Positions 38,181-47,202 of a DNA stretch of 64,000 nt are shown here, one piece after another. Each line of letters opens with the position of its first letter. Position 1 is the stretch's first letter. The DNA lies in assembly GCA_012839565.1 (NCBI GenBank), contig DUMZ01000007.1:110939-174938 (forward strand), given 5' to 3'. The translations under genes and the position numbers were made by a program. Below the pieces are notes generated by a model. It searched no databases and was not told the DNA's origin. It saw nothing but the letters and a program-made list of their open reading frames with translations. The stretch comes from Anaerolineaceae bacterium (GTDB lineage: Bacteria; Chloroflexota; Anaerolineae; Anaerolineales; Anaerolineaceae).

Positions 38181-38987
38181 TTAAGCTGCCTGCACTCTCA
38201 AGCCATAAAGCCTAAAAGCATTTTGGGTTGTGATTTTTGCAGTTTCATCAACCGTTTTGCCATGCAAACGCGCCACCTCTTCAACTATCTTGCGTACATA
38301 AGCCGGCTCGTTGCGTTTTCCGCGTAAGGGGTGCGGGGTGAGATAAGGACAATCCGTTTCAATCAAGATGCGTTCCAGGGGCAAGGCAGCCGTGCACTCC
38401 CGTCGTTCTGGCGCGTTCAGGTAAGTCACCGGCCCACTCACGCCAAAGTAAAAGCCCGCTTCAATCAAAGGTTTGGCCTTTTCATAAGTATCGCTCCAGC
38501 TATGCAAGGCACCCGGTCGTGCTTTTTGAGGATGCTCCGCTTGCAGACCGGCATGCCATTCCAATAAGATTTCAACGACATCATCAGTGGATTTTCGGCT
38601 GTGAATCACAACTGGCAATTCCATTTCAGCAGCCAAATCGAGTTGTGTACGAAAAGCTTCTTTTTGTTGCCAGACCGGGAAGGTGTTCCAGTGATAATCC
38701 AGCCCAATCTCACCAATCGCCAGCACTTCAGGGCTTTTCGACAACAATCGCAGGCGTTTCAAAGTCTGTGCGTTAAGTTCATTAATGCGGTTTGGGTGCA
38801 GACCAACATTCGCGAAGATAAAACCTTCATATTGTTGGGCAAGGCGCACCGAAGCTTCAGATGAATCCATATCCGCGCCTGAATTGATCATCAAAACCAG
38901 GCCGGCATCTTCCGCCCGCTTAATCACTTGGGGCAGGTCATTTTGGAACCGTCTGTCGTCTAAATGGCAATGTGTATCTGCAAACAT
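38181..38987 (-). CDS. tatD: TatD-family metal-dependent DNase/hydrolase
   Basis: MFADTHCHLDD N-terminus and IETDCPYL motif. I prefer the ATG at 38987 over the TTG at 39038. Confidence 0.85.
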   Translation of the reverse strand: MFADTHCHLDDRRFQNDLPQVIKRAEDAGLVLMINSGADMDSSEASVRLAQQYEGFIFANVGLHPNRINELNAQTLKRLRLLSKSPEVLAIGEIGLDYHWNTFPVWQQKEAFRTQLDLAAEMELPVVIHSRKSTDDVVEILLEWHAGLQAEHPQKARPGALHSWSDTYEKAKPLIEAGFYFGVSGPVTYLNAPERRECTAALPLERILIETDCPYLTPHPLRGKRNEPAYVRKIVEEVARLHGKTVDETAKITTQNAFRLYGLRVQAA

Positions 38988-38993
38988 AGCTAA

Positions 38994-38999
38994 AATATA
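38994..38999 (-). promoter_or_regulatory. -10-like TATATT 6 nt upstream of the tatD ATG
   Basis: Minus strand reads TGGTATATT-ttagct-ATG, with no SD. Confidence 0.3.
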
Positions 39000-39075
39000 C
39001 CACTTAATGTTATGATTAAGCCCACGACCAACACGCAAGTTGTCTATACCAGTGCTAACGAAAAGTCATGCTCGC

Positions 39076-39171
39076 GGTCAGAAGACCTCGGGCAGACTTT
39101 TGATGCAAATACCCTTTCGGATAGCGCTTGTGCGTTGAGTTCTTTTGGGCTGGTCTTCTGGCCATGTCTGC
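39076..39171 (+). ncRNA. Candidate structured 5' leader / cis-regulatory RNA (unclassified)
   Basis: 12-bp stem 39076-39087/39152-39163 (11 Watson-Crick pairs and 1 G.U that is valid only on the + strand). A 6-bp pseudoknot-type pairing links 39092-39097 to 39166-39171. Confidence 0.35.
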
Positions 39172-39237
39172 AAAACAACAACTTGCGCGCATCATTCACC
39201 ATCATCGTGAACTGCCCGCTTAGACTAAAGGAAACTT

Positions 39238-39504
39238 ATGAACATCACATCCTACATTTTTGGTGGTTTACTGGCTGCTCTCTTTGGTGCCTTGTTCCAT
39301 CTTTGGCGTGGTGGGGGATTTTGGAAACTTATTTTGTATTTGGCACTTAGCTGGCTTGGTTTTTACCTGGGACATCTCGTTTTTCTACACTACGACGTCA
39401 AATTCATGACCGTTGGTGGCGTGCAAATGGCTGGCGGCATCGTTGGCAGCTTAGTGTTCCTGTTCCTTGGCAACTGGTTCACCCGCATAAACCCCGAAGG
39501 ATAA
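39238..39504 (+). CDS. Small integral membrane protein (3 helices)
   Basis: 88 aa, hydrophobic, with an AAGGAAA SD. First gene of the trmI operon. Confidence 0.5.
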   Translation: MNITSYIFGGLLAALFGALFHLWRGGGFWKLILYLALSWLGFYLGHLVFLHYDVKFMTVGGVQMAGGIVGSLVFLFLGNWFTRINPEG

Positions 39505-39509
39505 CCTAA

Positions 39510-40361
39510 ATGAATTCAGCTATATTCACCGACAGCAACTTTGCCCAGGAAGGCGACCTGGTTCAACTGCAAGGCACCGGACATCGCAGCCATTTACTCG
39601 TGCTTGAAGCCGGCGCGGTGTTGCAAACCCATCGTGGCGTCATTCGCCATGACGATATCATCGGGACCGCCTGGGGCACACGCTTGGAATCCCATCAAGG
39701 CAACCCCTTTTACCTGCTTCAGCCCAGTCTTAGCGACCTTATCAAAGGTTTAAAACGGGGCACCCAAATCATGTACCCCAAGGAAATCAGCTATATCCTC
39801 TTTCACATGGGCATCGGACCGGGAAAACGCGTGATTGAATGCGGCACCGGCTCAGGTGGATTGACCACCGCCCTGGCGTACATGGTTGGCACAACCGGAA
39901 AGGTTTACTCCTACGAACGCAAAGCGCAAATTCAAGACCTGGCTATTAAAAACCTGACGAAGTTCGGCCTGCAAAACCGGGTTGATTTCAAAGTTGGCAA
40001 CGCGGAAGACGGCTTTGACGAAGAAAACGTTGACGCCATCATTCTTGACCTGCCCAACCCACAGGAATATCTCCATCATGTGCGTAAAAGCTTGCGTGGC
40101 GGGGGCAGTTTGGGCATGATTTTACCCACTTTCAACCAGGTTGAAATTATCCTTCGCGAACTTAAACTGGCCAACTTTGCCATGATTGAAGTCAGCGAAA
40201 TTTTGCAACGTTTCTACAAAACCGACTGGGCGCGCCTGAGACCCGTTGACCGCATGATCGGACACACCGGGTTTCTCATCTTTGGGCGCAAAGTTGACCG
40301 TCTCGCTGCTGAGGACAGCGACGATGAAGCTTTCGATGACGAACAAGGAAATCAGGATTGA
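39510..40361 (+). CDS. trmI: tRNA (adenine-N1)-methyltransferase TrmI/Gcd14 family
   Basis: GTQIMYPKE and the SAM motif VIECGTGSGGLT. Acidic C-terminal tail. Confidence 0.8.
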   Translation: MNSAIFTDSNFAQEGDLVQLQGTGHRSHLLVLEAGAVLQTHRGVIRHDDIIGTAWGTRLESHQGNPFYLLQPSLSDLIKGLKRGTQIMYPKEISYILFHMGIGPGKRVIECGTGSGGLTTALAYMVGTTGKVYSYERKAQIQDLAIKNLTKFGLQNRVDFKVGNAEDGFDEENVDAIILDLPNPQEYLHHVRKSLRGGGSLGMILPTFNQVEIILRELKLANFAMIEVSEILQRFYKTDWARLRPVDRMIGHTGFLIFGRKVDRLAAEDSDDEAFDDEQGNQD

Positions 40362-40975
40362 GCGATAACTTACTCAATGCTTGCCAAGGTCTGCCCGCTG
40401 ATTTAGCGCAAAGACTGGCAACACATCTTGCCACAAATCCTGGCACCATCATTGATAAACGCCTGCAACTCACCGACCCACTTCATCCTGCGGCGGTGCT
40501 CATTCCGCTTTTGTGTCATCAAGGTGAATGGCACATTTTGCTCACCCGACGGACTGAGAAACTCTGGAGTCACCCCGGACAGGTTGCTTTTCCTGGTGGT
40601 GCCTGGGAAGAAAGTGACGCGAACCTTGTTCAAACCGCCCTGCGCGAAAGCTTTGAAGAAATCAGCCTTTTACCCGAAAGCGTTACCGTGCTTGGCACCA
40701 TGCCTACGTTTGGCACGATTTCCCATTTCGCGCTAACGCCAGTTGTTGGCATCATATCCTGGCCCCAGGAATTATTTTTGCGACCCGAAGAAGTTGCCCG
40801 CGCGTTTATCGTACCCCTTTCATTCCTGAAAGACCCTGCCAACCGCTACTATCAGGATTTCGTCCACGAGTCTCAGTCACACCCCGTGCTTTACTTCAAA
40901 CGTTACGATGGCGAACTCATTTGGGGCATCACCGCGCAGGTTATTTTGGAATTCCTGAAGATAATAGAAGCTTAA
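40358..40975 (+). CDS. NUDIX hydrolase, CoA pyrophosphatase-like (TTG start overlapping trmI stop)
   Basis: LLTRRTEKLWSHPGQVAFPGG and the Nudix box GAWEESDANLVQTALRESFEEI. TTGA overlap at 40358-40361. Confidence 0.75.
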   Translation: MSDNLLNACQGLPADLAQRLATHLATNPGTIIDKRLQLTDPLHPAAVLIPLLCHQGEWHILLTRRTEKLWSHPGQVAFPGGAWEESDANLVQTALRESFEEISLLPESVTVLGTMPTFGTISHFALTPVVGIISWPQELFLRPEEVARAFIVPLSFLKDPANRYYQDFVHESQSHPVLYFKRYDGELIWGITAQVILEFLKIIEA

Positions 40976-41007
40976 ACCATTCAAAAAAAACAACCTTGAA
41001 CTAAAGC

Positions 41008-41034
41008 AAAAAGCCACTTATAAAGTGGCTTTTT
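41008..41034. terminator. Bidirectional terminator
   Basis: AAAAAGCCACTT-ata-AAGTGGCTTTTT. Confidence 0.7.
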
Positions 41035-41061
41035 ATGTTTATTACATTTTGAGTGTAAGGA

Positions 41062-41712
41062 TTATTCCTCGTCCTCTGCTTCACGGGCTGAGATAACCTC
41101 AGGTTCTGCAGAACCTTCAGCCATTTCATCTTCTTCACCCTCGACTTCAGCAGCCACAAAGCCAACAGTTACGATAACTTCGTCTTCGGGAGTATGGATG
41201 GTAATCTTTTCACCGAGATTCAGGTCAGCAACGGTAATCGTATCTTCAACAGTCTCGATGCCACTGATGTCAACCTCAATACGTTCAGGAAGGTCCATCG
41301 GCAAGGCTTCAATATCGAGATCGGTCAAAACATGGTTAATAATCACGTCGCCCAGTTTCGAAACAGGGGCTTCGCCAACCAACTCGATTGCCACGGTCGC
41401 GCGCAATAGTTCTTTGAGTGAAATCTCAAGGAAGTCAACATGCAGGAGTTCTTCGTAGATGACGTCGCGTTGGCGGTCACGCACGATAGCCGTGTGTTTT
41501 TCACCGTCAACATCCAAAGTTACAATACTGGTACCCGTCAATTTACCCATAATCAGCCCAGTGCTGTGGGCATCCATTTGAATAGCGAGCGGTTCAGTTT
41601 TGTGACCGTAAATAACACCGGGTAAAATACCCTGTCGGCGCAAGGCTTTCACCTTCTTGCCAGTAACTTGTCGCTTTTCAGCTTTGATGATAATTTCTTG
41701 ATGTGTTGTCAT
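41062..41712 (-). CDS. rplY: 50S ribosomal protein L25 / general stress protein Ctc (long form)
   Basis: KRQVTGKKVKALRRQGILPGVIYG N-terminus. Acidic C-terminal extension. GGAGG SD. Confidence 0.9.
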   Translation of the reverse strand: MTTHQEIIIKAEKRQVTGKKVKALRRQGILPGVIYGHKTEPLAIQMDAHSTGLIMGKLTGTSIVTLDVDGEKHTAIVRDRQRDVIYEELLHVDFLEISLKELLRATVAIELVGEAPVSKLGDVIINHVLTDLDIEALPMDLPERIEVDISGIETVEDTITVADLNLGEKITIHTPEDEVIVTVGFVAAEVEGEEDEMAEGSAEPEVISAREAEDEE

Positions 41713-41869
41713 TTTTCCTCCGGACGCCTCTCACCCCTCCTTTATGGGGTTACCCTCGTCCATAATATATTTTACCGGCTGGAATTTCCGGCAATTGACA
41801 ATGATACCTGTTGAGCGTGGAATAGTCAAACATTTTGGTTTTTTAATAATGGGATTATGGGCTAAGGAA

Positions 41870-42727
41870 CTATTCGTAAATCACGACCATATTCCCCAAC
41901 ACGCCAAACGAAGTCAAAAACACCTCTGTTGGCGCGTCGAAGAATTTGCCGTTGTTCATGTAGCGAATACTCTCGGCATTGTAGCCAGTAAGAATAACCA
42001 CATGCTCGTAGGGCGCGACAATCACCGTGTTGCCCGCCTGGTCAACATACTCGACTGGCTCACTGTATTCTAGATTGCCAATTATCCAGGCGATAATGGG
42101 CTTGTCTTCCGAGAGTTTTTGCTTTATCTCATCCAGCGTATAGCCTTTTACAGCAAGCGCGGGCAAATCGTAAGCGCGCAAACCTTCCGCGATAGGCCCC
42201 GCGTGTACACCGTATGAATAGGGCGGAATTTGACCCCACCTGCGCGTGGTGTAATCGCCCACATAACCTAAATCGGGGTTATCCGATCGGGGCATATCGG
42301 CCTGAAAAGTTGACTCGTAAATGTTCACACCAAAGAACCACGCCCAGTCCACCGCCGCGCTCGATTCACAGCTGAGATAGTAGTGTTGCGCGTGCCCAAC
42401 AATGCCCCAAATGTAATGCGATTCGGGATAGTCAAACACAGAACTCGACTCACTATCCAGCGTTGGCAGTGCATCATTGATTTCAACAGTCACATCGGGG
42501 GTTTCAACGACAATCGCAGTAGGTGTCATATCGGGTAAATGTGGCAAACTTGTTTCTGTCACTTCCTGATATGTGATCGGCATGGGTAAAGGCGCTTCTG
42601 TTTGATTCAATTCGGGAGTCTCAGATACTGCAGATTCGCTCGGTTTACACCCAGACATTGAAACCAGCATAATAAATCCAAGCAAGAATACCAAACATTT
42701 TCCACGTATGAATTTGGAAACTTTCAT
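41870..42727 (-). CDS. Lipoprotein with peptidase C39-like domain
   Basis: Lipobox SMSGC. YYLSCESSAAVDW places a candidate catalytic Cys in a C39_2-like context. Confidence 0.55.
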   Translation of the reverse strand: MKVSKFIRGKCLVFLLGFIMLVSMSGCKPSESAVSETPELNQTEAPLPMPITYQEVTETSLPHLPDMTPTAIVVETPDVTVEINDALPTLDSESSSVFDYPESHYIWGIVGHAQHYYLSCESSAAVDWAWFFGVNIYESTFQADMPRSDNPDLGYVGDYTTRRWGQIPPYSYGVHAGPIAEGLRAYDLPALAVKGYTLDEIKQKLSEDKPIIAWIIGNLEYSEPVEYVDQAGNTVIVAPYEHVVILTGYNAESIRYMNNGKFFDAPTEVFLTSFGVLGNMVVIYE

Positions 42728-42791
42728 ATTTAAAGTCTACCCGAGTTTGAACAAGTCATTTTTGCCCATGTCAATTCTAATTGCCAGTAGC

Positions 42792-43601
42792 TTAGCGTTT
42801 GGCGTGATTTTTCATCGCGTCCTGAATACTTTGGGCATATCGCGGCTCGAAAAAGTCCAGGTATGAACGCAAGCGCTGCTCGATTTCAGGCCCTTCAGTA
42901 TCAGCCAGGACTTCTTTTAAGAGATACGCCACTTCGCCCGGCGACTGCTTTGCCAGTTCTCGTACCAGTTCCGATAAACGGCTTTGCAACTGCAAATCTG
43001 AATGCGCGATGAAAGGCCGCACCATTCCATAAATACCTGGCAAATCATTGTGATGCGCTTTAGGCAAATAAATACTCAATGCCATCAGTCCATAGCCTTG
43101 CTTACGCAATTCCTTGGATGCCAGCAGGTTTTTGGTCAGTTCGCTAAACTGATGGGGCGCAAATTCCAGCAGTCCCACACAGGCTTTTTTAAAAATCGAC
43201 GCCACGACTGCCCTGTCCTGCGGTTCTGAAAGCCAGCTATCAATCAGGCTAACTACCCGCTCGGTTTGGTTTTCTGCTTGCTGACCCAGGATAAAACAGG
43301 CCAAATCCCGTGCTTCGAAATAATCATCTTTCCAAAGTTCTTCAATAACTGCGAAACTTTGCTCGGTTTCCTTTTGGGCAAGTTGACGCAGAGATAGTTC
43401 AAGCTGTGGAACAATCTGAATAGGCAAATCGTACTGCCGCATGAAGCTTTTAGGAATGGAATCTTCATGCTTGCGTCGGGAGTATTGATGATAAAAAGAT
43501 AAAAATCGATGCAATTCCGCGCGAAACGCTTCCGGTTGGTTAAACATTTCACGCAAGTCTTGCAACTGTTTGGCTAAGCGGTTTAGATTGATAGCAACCA
43601 T
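42792..43601 (-). CDS. All-helical (HEAT/AlkD-like?) hypothetical protein
   Basis: 269 aa of helical repeats. The resemblance to DNA alkylation repair proteins is only a weak impression. Confidence 0.3.
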   Translation of the reverse strand: MVAINLNRLAKQLQDLREMFNQPEAFRAELHRFLSFYHQYSRRKHEDSIPKSFMRQYDLPIQIVPQLELSLRQLAQKETEQSFAVIEELWKDDYFEARDLACFILGQQAENQTERVVSLIDSWLSEPQDRAVVASIFKKACVGLLEFAPHQFSELTKNLLASKELRKQGYGLMALSIYLPKAHHNDLPGIYGMVRPFIAHSDLQLQSRLSELVRELAKQSPGEVAYLLKEVLADTEGPEIEQRLRSYLDFFEPRYAQSIQDAMKNHAKR

Positions 43602-43607
43602 GGCTGA

Positions 43608-43613
43608 ATTATA
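43608..43613 (-). promoter_or_regulatory. -10 box TATAAT 6 nt upstream of the ATG at 43601
   Basis: Minus strand reads GCTATAAT-tcagcc-ATG, with no SD. Confidence 0.35.
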
Positions 43614-43651
43614 GCTGATTCTTGTTTATGCTTTGCATTAATACTAAACAG

Positions 43652-43682
43652 AAAAAAAGAGACTGAACAAGTCAGCCTCTTT
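43652..43682 (-). terminator. Terminator after proS
   Basis: Minus strand reads AAGAGGCTGA-cttgt-TCAGTCTCTTTTTTT. Confidence 0.65.
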
Positions 43683-43704
43683 CATCAGTTCCAAAGATAA
43701 AACT

Positions 43705-45141
43705 CTAGTAAGTCTTCGCGAAAAAGACCTGCGTGTTGGTTTTGCGTCCGGAATAGAAACAAACGCCTTCGCCTTCGGTTTCGGTAAAGTTAAGCAGCTT
43801 GGCTTTGGTTTCAGTCTTAATCAACTCTTCGATTTCACTGTCGGCATACCACCAAACCTTAGCCCAACCTTTATTCTCAACAACATCCTTGAAGTCCTCG
43901 TAATTATCCACTTCAAAAATGTGCGCGTCACGGAAAGCAATCGCCTTGGCGAGCATATTATCCTGAATCGTAACCAGCATATCCGCCACTGATTGCTCAA
44001 ATCCGTCCATCGAAACAAAGCTCTTACCCTCTCGTCCGGGGATATCACGGCGCGCGAAAGCCAGGCTGTTCTTTTCAACGTCTTTGGGACCAATTTCAAT
44101 GCGCAAGGGCACACCTTTCAGTTCCCAGTCGTGGTATTTGAAGCCGGGTGTCAAGCCGTCGCGGTCATCTACATGCACGCGAATATTGTTGGCTTTCAAG
44201 CCCGCGCGCACCTTTTCGACCATCGCCAAAACAGCTTCTTTTTCGGTATCCTTGCGGAAGATAGGCACAATCACCACCTGGATAGGCGCCAAACGGGGTG
44301 GCAAAACCAAACCCTGGTCATCACCGTGAATCATCACCATGGCACCGATCAAGCGCGTGGTCACACCCCATGAAGTCGTCCAGCAATATTGCAATTCGTT
44401 GTTTTGGTCAAGGAATTTGATATCAAAAGCTTTGGCAAAGTTCTGTCCCAGGAAATGCGAGGTACCCGCCTGCAAAGCCTTGGTATCACCCATCATCGCT
44501 TCAATGGAATAAGTCGCTAAAGCGCCGGCAAATTTTTCATTATCCGATTTGCGACCAGGCAAAACCGGCATTGCCGCTTCGTTGTGGCAGAATTCAGTAT
44601 AAACGCCAAGCATCCTAAGCGTTTCTTCTTCAGCTTCCTCATAGGTTGCGTGCGCGGTATGACCTTCCTGCCAGTAAAACTCGGTCGTACGCAAAAAGAG
44701 ACGGGTGCGCATTTCCCAGCGAATGACATTCGCCCACTGGTTCATCAAAACTGGCAAGTCGCGATAGGATTGAATCCATTTTGAGTACATTGTGCCAATG
44801 ATGGTTTCAGACGTCGGGCGCAAAACATAAGGTTCCTCAAGTTTAGACCCACCCGCGTGGGTAACCACCGCCAACTCTGGCGCGAAACCTTCAACGTGCT
44901 CAGCTTCTTTGGTCATGTACGATTCTGGTATCAGCATCGGGAAAGCGGCATTTACGTGACCGGTTTCCTTAAAGCGTTTGTCCAGCGCCGCCTGGATATT
45001 CTCCCATAATGCCCAGCCATAAGGACGCACAACCATACAGCCACGCACTGGCGCGTAATCTGCCAGCTCGGCGCGCAACACCAGTTGGTTATACCATTCT
45101 GAATAATTCTCTTCTCTGCTTGTCAGTTTTAAATTTTCCAT
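43705..45141 (-). CDS. proS: Proline--tRNA ligase (archaeal/eukaryote-like type, no editing insertion)
   Basis: 478 aa. SEWYNQLVLRAELADYAPVRGCMVVRPYG N-terminus and class II motifs. Confidence 0.9.
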   Translation of the reverse strand: MENLKLTSREENYSEWYNQLVLRAELADYAPVRGCMVVRPYGWALWENIQAALDKRFKETGHVNAAFPMLIPESYMTKEAEHVEGFAPELAVVTHAGGSKLEEPYVLRPTSETIIGTMYSKWIQSYRDLPVLMNQWANVIRWEMRTRLFLRTTEFYWQEGHTAHATYEEAEEETLRMLGVYTEFCHNEAAMPVLPGRKSDNEKFAGALATYSIEAMMGDTKALQAGTSHFLGQNFAKAFDIKFLDQNNELQYCWTTSWGVTTRLIGAMVMIHGDDQGLVLPPRLAPIQVVIVPIFRKDTEKEAVLAMVEKVRAGLKANNIRVHVDDRDGLTPGFKYHDWELKGVPLRIEIGPKDVEKNSLAFARRDIPGREGKSFVSMDGFEQSVADMLVTIQDNMLAKAIAFRDAHIFEVDNYEDFKDVVENKGWAKVWWYADSEIEELIKTETKAKLLNFTETEGEGVCFYSGRKTNTQVFFAKTY

Positions 45142-45144
45142 CTT

Positions 45145-45690
45145 TTATTTTTTATTCCTGCTTTCTAATGCCAACACTGCCTCATCAACAGTGTTCACAA
45201 ATATTAATAATTCCTTCGCAAATGCCGGCACATGCCCTTCCAGCTCATCAAAAAAATGAGCACCGAGTGTAGCCCAGGACTCACCAATCAAAACAAAAGC
45301 TTTGCGTTCAATGGCACCGATAATCATCATATTATACGCCAGCATAATTTCCGCCAGCGTGCCAACACCACCCTGTAAAGCAATAAAAGCATCCGCGTGG
45401 CGAACCATATAATCAATGCGCTCGCTCAAAGTTTGGGTGCGCACTTCTTCAAGGACATAAGCGTTCGCGCTACCCGGTCGATAAGCCTCAATTTCATCGC
45501 AGGTCACGCCAATCGTATGCGTTGTTGCGGTCTGTCGCGCGCCTTTGCATGTCGCCTCCATGGTGCCACAATAGCCACCCGTCATCACCTGATAACCTGC
45601 CTTGCCCAAAGCATGACCCAAATCATAGGCCAGTTGGTAAAGCTTATCTCCTGCTTTAGGCGATGCACTGCCAAATACGGCTACAATCAT
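45145..45690 (-). CDS. LOG / TIGR00725-type Rossmann-fold nucleotide-binding protein
   Basis: LQGGVGTLAE matches the LOG motif PGGxGTxxE. 181 aa. Confidence 0.7.
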   Translation of the reverse strand: MIVAVFGSASPKAGDKLYQLAYDLGHALGKAGYQVMTGGYCGTMEATCKGARQTATTHTIGVTCDEIEAYRPGSANAYVLEEVRTQTLSERIDYMVRHADAFIALQGGVGTLAEIMLAYNMMIIGAIERKAFVLIGESWATLGAHFFDELEGHVPAFAKELLIFVNTVDEAVLALESRNKK

Positions 45691-46007
45691 TTCTCAACGT
45701 CCTTTTCATCTGACCATTGCCGGTTCCAGTTGCGCGCGATGGTATCAAGTATTGCTTGTTCCAGGTCAATGCCTTCAACATGCGCCAGTTGCAAGAGATA
45801 AAGTGCCACATCAGCCAGTTCACCAGCCAGGGCATCTTTATCCGCGCTTTCATCGCCCCACTGGTAATGCTCCAGGACTTCGCCAGCTTCCAGACAAAGC
45901 GAAATCGCCAGGTTGCGGGGCAACTGTTTTTTGGGCGAGTCGGGCTCGTACCACCCATGATGCGCCACAAGCGCGTTCATTTTTGCGGTCAGATCTTCTA
46001 TATTCAT
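45687..46007 (-). CDS. MazG-like nucleotide pyrophosphohydrolase
   Basis: EAGEVLEHYQW...ELADVALYLLQLA (EExxE/ExxD-type MazG helices). 106 aa. Confidence 0.75.
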   Translation of the reverse strand: MNIEDLTAKMNALVAHHGWYEPDSPKKQLPRNLAISLCLEAGEVLEHYQWGDESADKDALAGELADVALYLLQLAHVEGIDLEQAILDTIARNWNRQWSDEKDVEK

Positions 46008-46073
46008 AACGAAAGCGATTATATCCGATTTTCACGAATATAACCGCTTCTCCTCGTCTGTTTATGTCGCGAA

Positions 46074-47069
46074 CTACTTATTGTGGATGAATTTTGCCAA
46101 ATCCACGCAGCGCACGCTGTAACCCCATTCATTGTCGTACCAGGCAACAACTTTAATGAGGTGTTCACCAACTTTCATGGTTGAAAGACCGTCAACAATA
46201 CTCGAACGGGAATCGCCGTTATAGTCAATCGAGACCAGGGGTTCGTCGCTATAACCCAAAATACCCTTCAGTTCGCCTTCGGCAGCTTGCTTGAGCAAAG
46301 CGTTGACTTCTTCCACACTGGGGCTTTCCTTCAGTTGGAAAACGACGTCCACCAGGGAAACGTTGGGGGTAGGAATGCGCACAGAAAAACCGTTCATCTT
46401 GCCATTCAAAGCAGGAATAACTTTGCCCATTGCTTTGGCTGCGCCAGTTGAAGTTGGCACAATGCTCTGGGTACAACCACGCGCGCGGCGTGGGTCTTTG
46501 TGGCGGTTATCCAGATTGTTTTGATCATTCGTGAATGCGTGTACAGTTGTCATCGCGGCTGCTTCAATCGTGAAGTTTTCGTGAATGACTTTGGTTACTG
46601 GCGCCAAACAGTTGGTTGTACAGCTGGCATTTGAGACCACAGGCTGGCTGGGGTCGTAGGCATCCTGATTGACACCCATTACAATCATCTGCGCGTCAGA
46701 ACTCGGCGCGGTGATGATGACCTTTTTCACCGTATCGCGCAAGTGCGCGCTGGCAGTGTCGATGGTGCGGAAAGCACCCGTTGAGTCGATGACGATTTCA
46801 GTGCCATATTTGCCCCAATCCAGTTTGTTGGGATCTCGGTCACAGAAAAGTGGAATTGCTTTACCGTTTACAATCAGATGTCCTTCGTCAAAGCTAACTT
46901 CGCCGTCAAATGTTCCGTGGGTAGAGTCGTATTTAAAAAGACGTGCTGTATTCTCTGGGTCTGCAGTTGAGTTGATTGCCACAAGCTCCACTTCAGGATC
47001 CATAACCGCAACGCGCGCTACAAGACGCCCAATGCGACCAAATCCACTAATACCAATTTTTGTTTTCAT
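46074..47069 (-). CDS. gap: Glyceraldehyde-3-phosphate dehydrogenase
   Basis: GISGFGRIGR and the active site ASCTTNCLAP. Confidence 0.95.
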   Translation of the reverse strand: MKTKIGISGFGRIGRLVARVAVMDPEVELVAINSTADPENTARLFKYDSTHGTFDGEVSFDEGHLIVNGKAIPLFCDRDPNKLDWGKYGTEIVIDSTGAFRTIDTASAHLRDTVKKVIITAPSSDAQMIVMGVNQDAYDPSQPVVSNASCTTNCLAPVTKVIHENFTIEAAAMTTVHAFTNDQNNLDNRHKDPRRARGCTQSIVPTSTGAAKAMGKVIPALNGKMNGFSVRIPTPNVSLVDVVFQLKESPSVEEVNALLKQAAEGELKGILGYSDEPLVSIDYNGDSRSSIVDGLSTMKVGEHLIKVVAWYDNEWGYSVRCVDLAKFIHNK

Positions 47070-47202
47070 ATATAAACCTCCGTTATAATATCGCGTCTAT
47101 TATATATCATATTCCCCCGTAAAGAATAAGATTTTTGTAAAAAGCTTCGGCAAATTCGGTAGGCAAAAGCAAAATGAGTATAATAATCCCCAAGGAGACA
47201 CT

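Noticed and set aside
38988-39350. The TTG-extended tatD start (39038) and the 112-aa ORF 39012..39350(+)
   Set aside because: TatD proteins typically begin right at the xDTHCHL motif, as with the ATG at 38987. The + strand ORF overlaps the better-supported 88-aa membrane ORF in another frame and lacks an RBS. The region is better explained as a structured non-coding leader.
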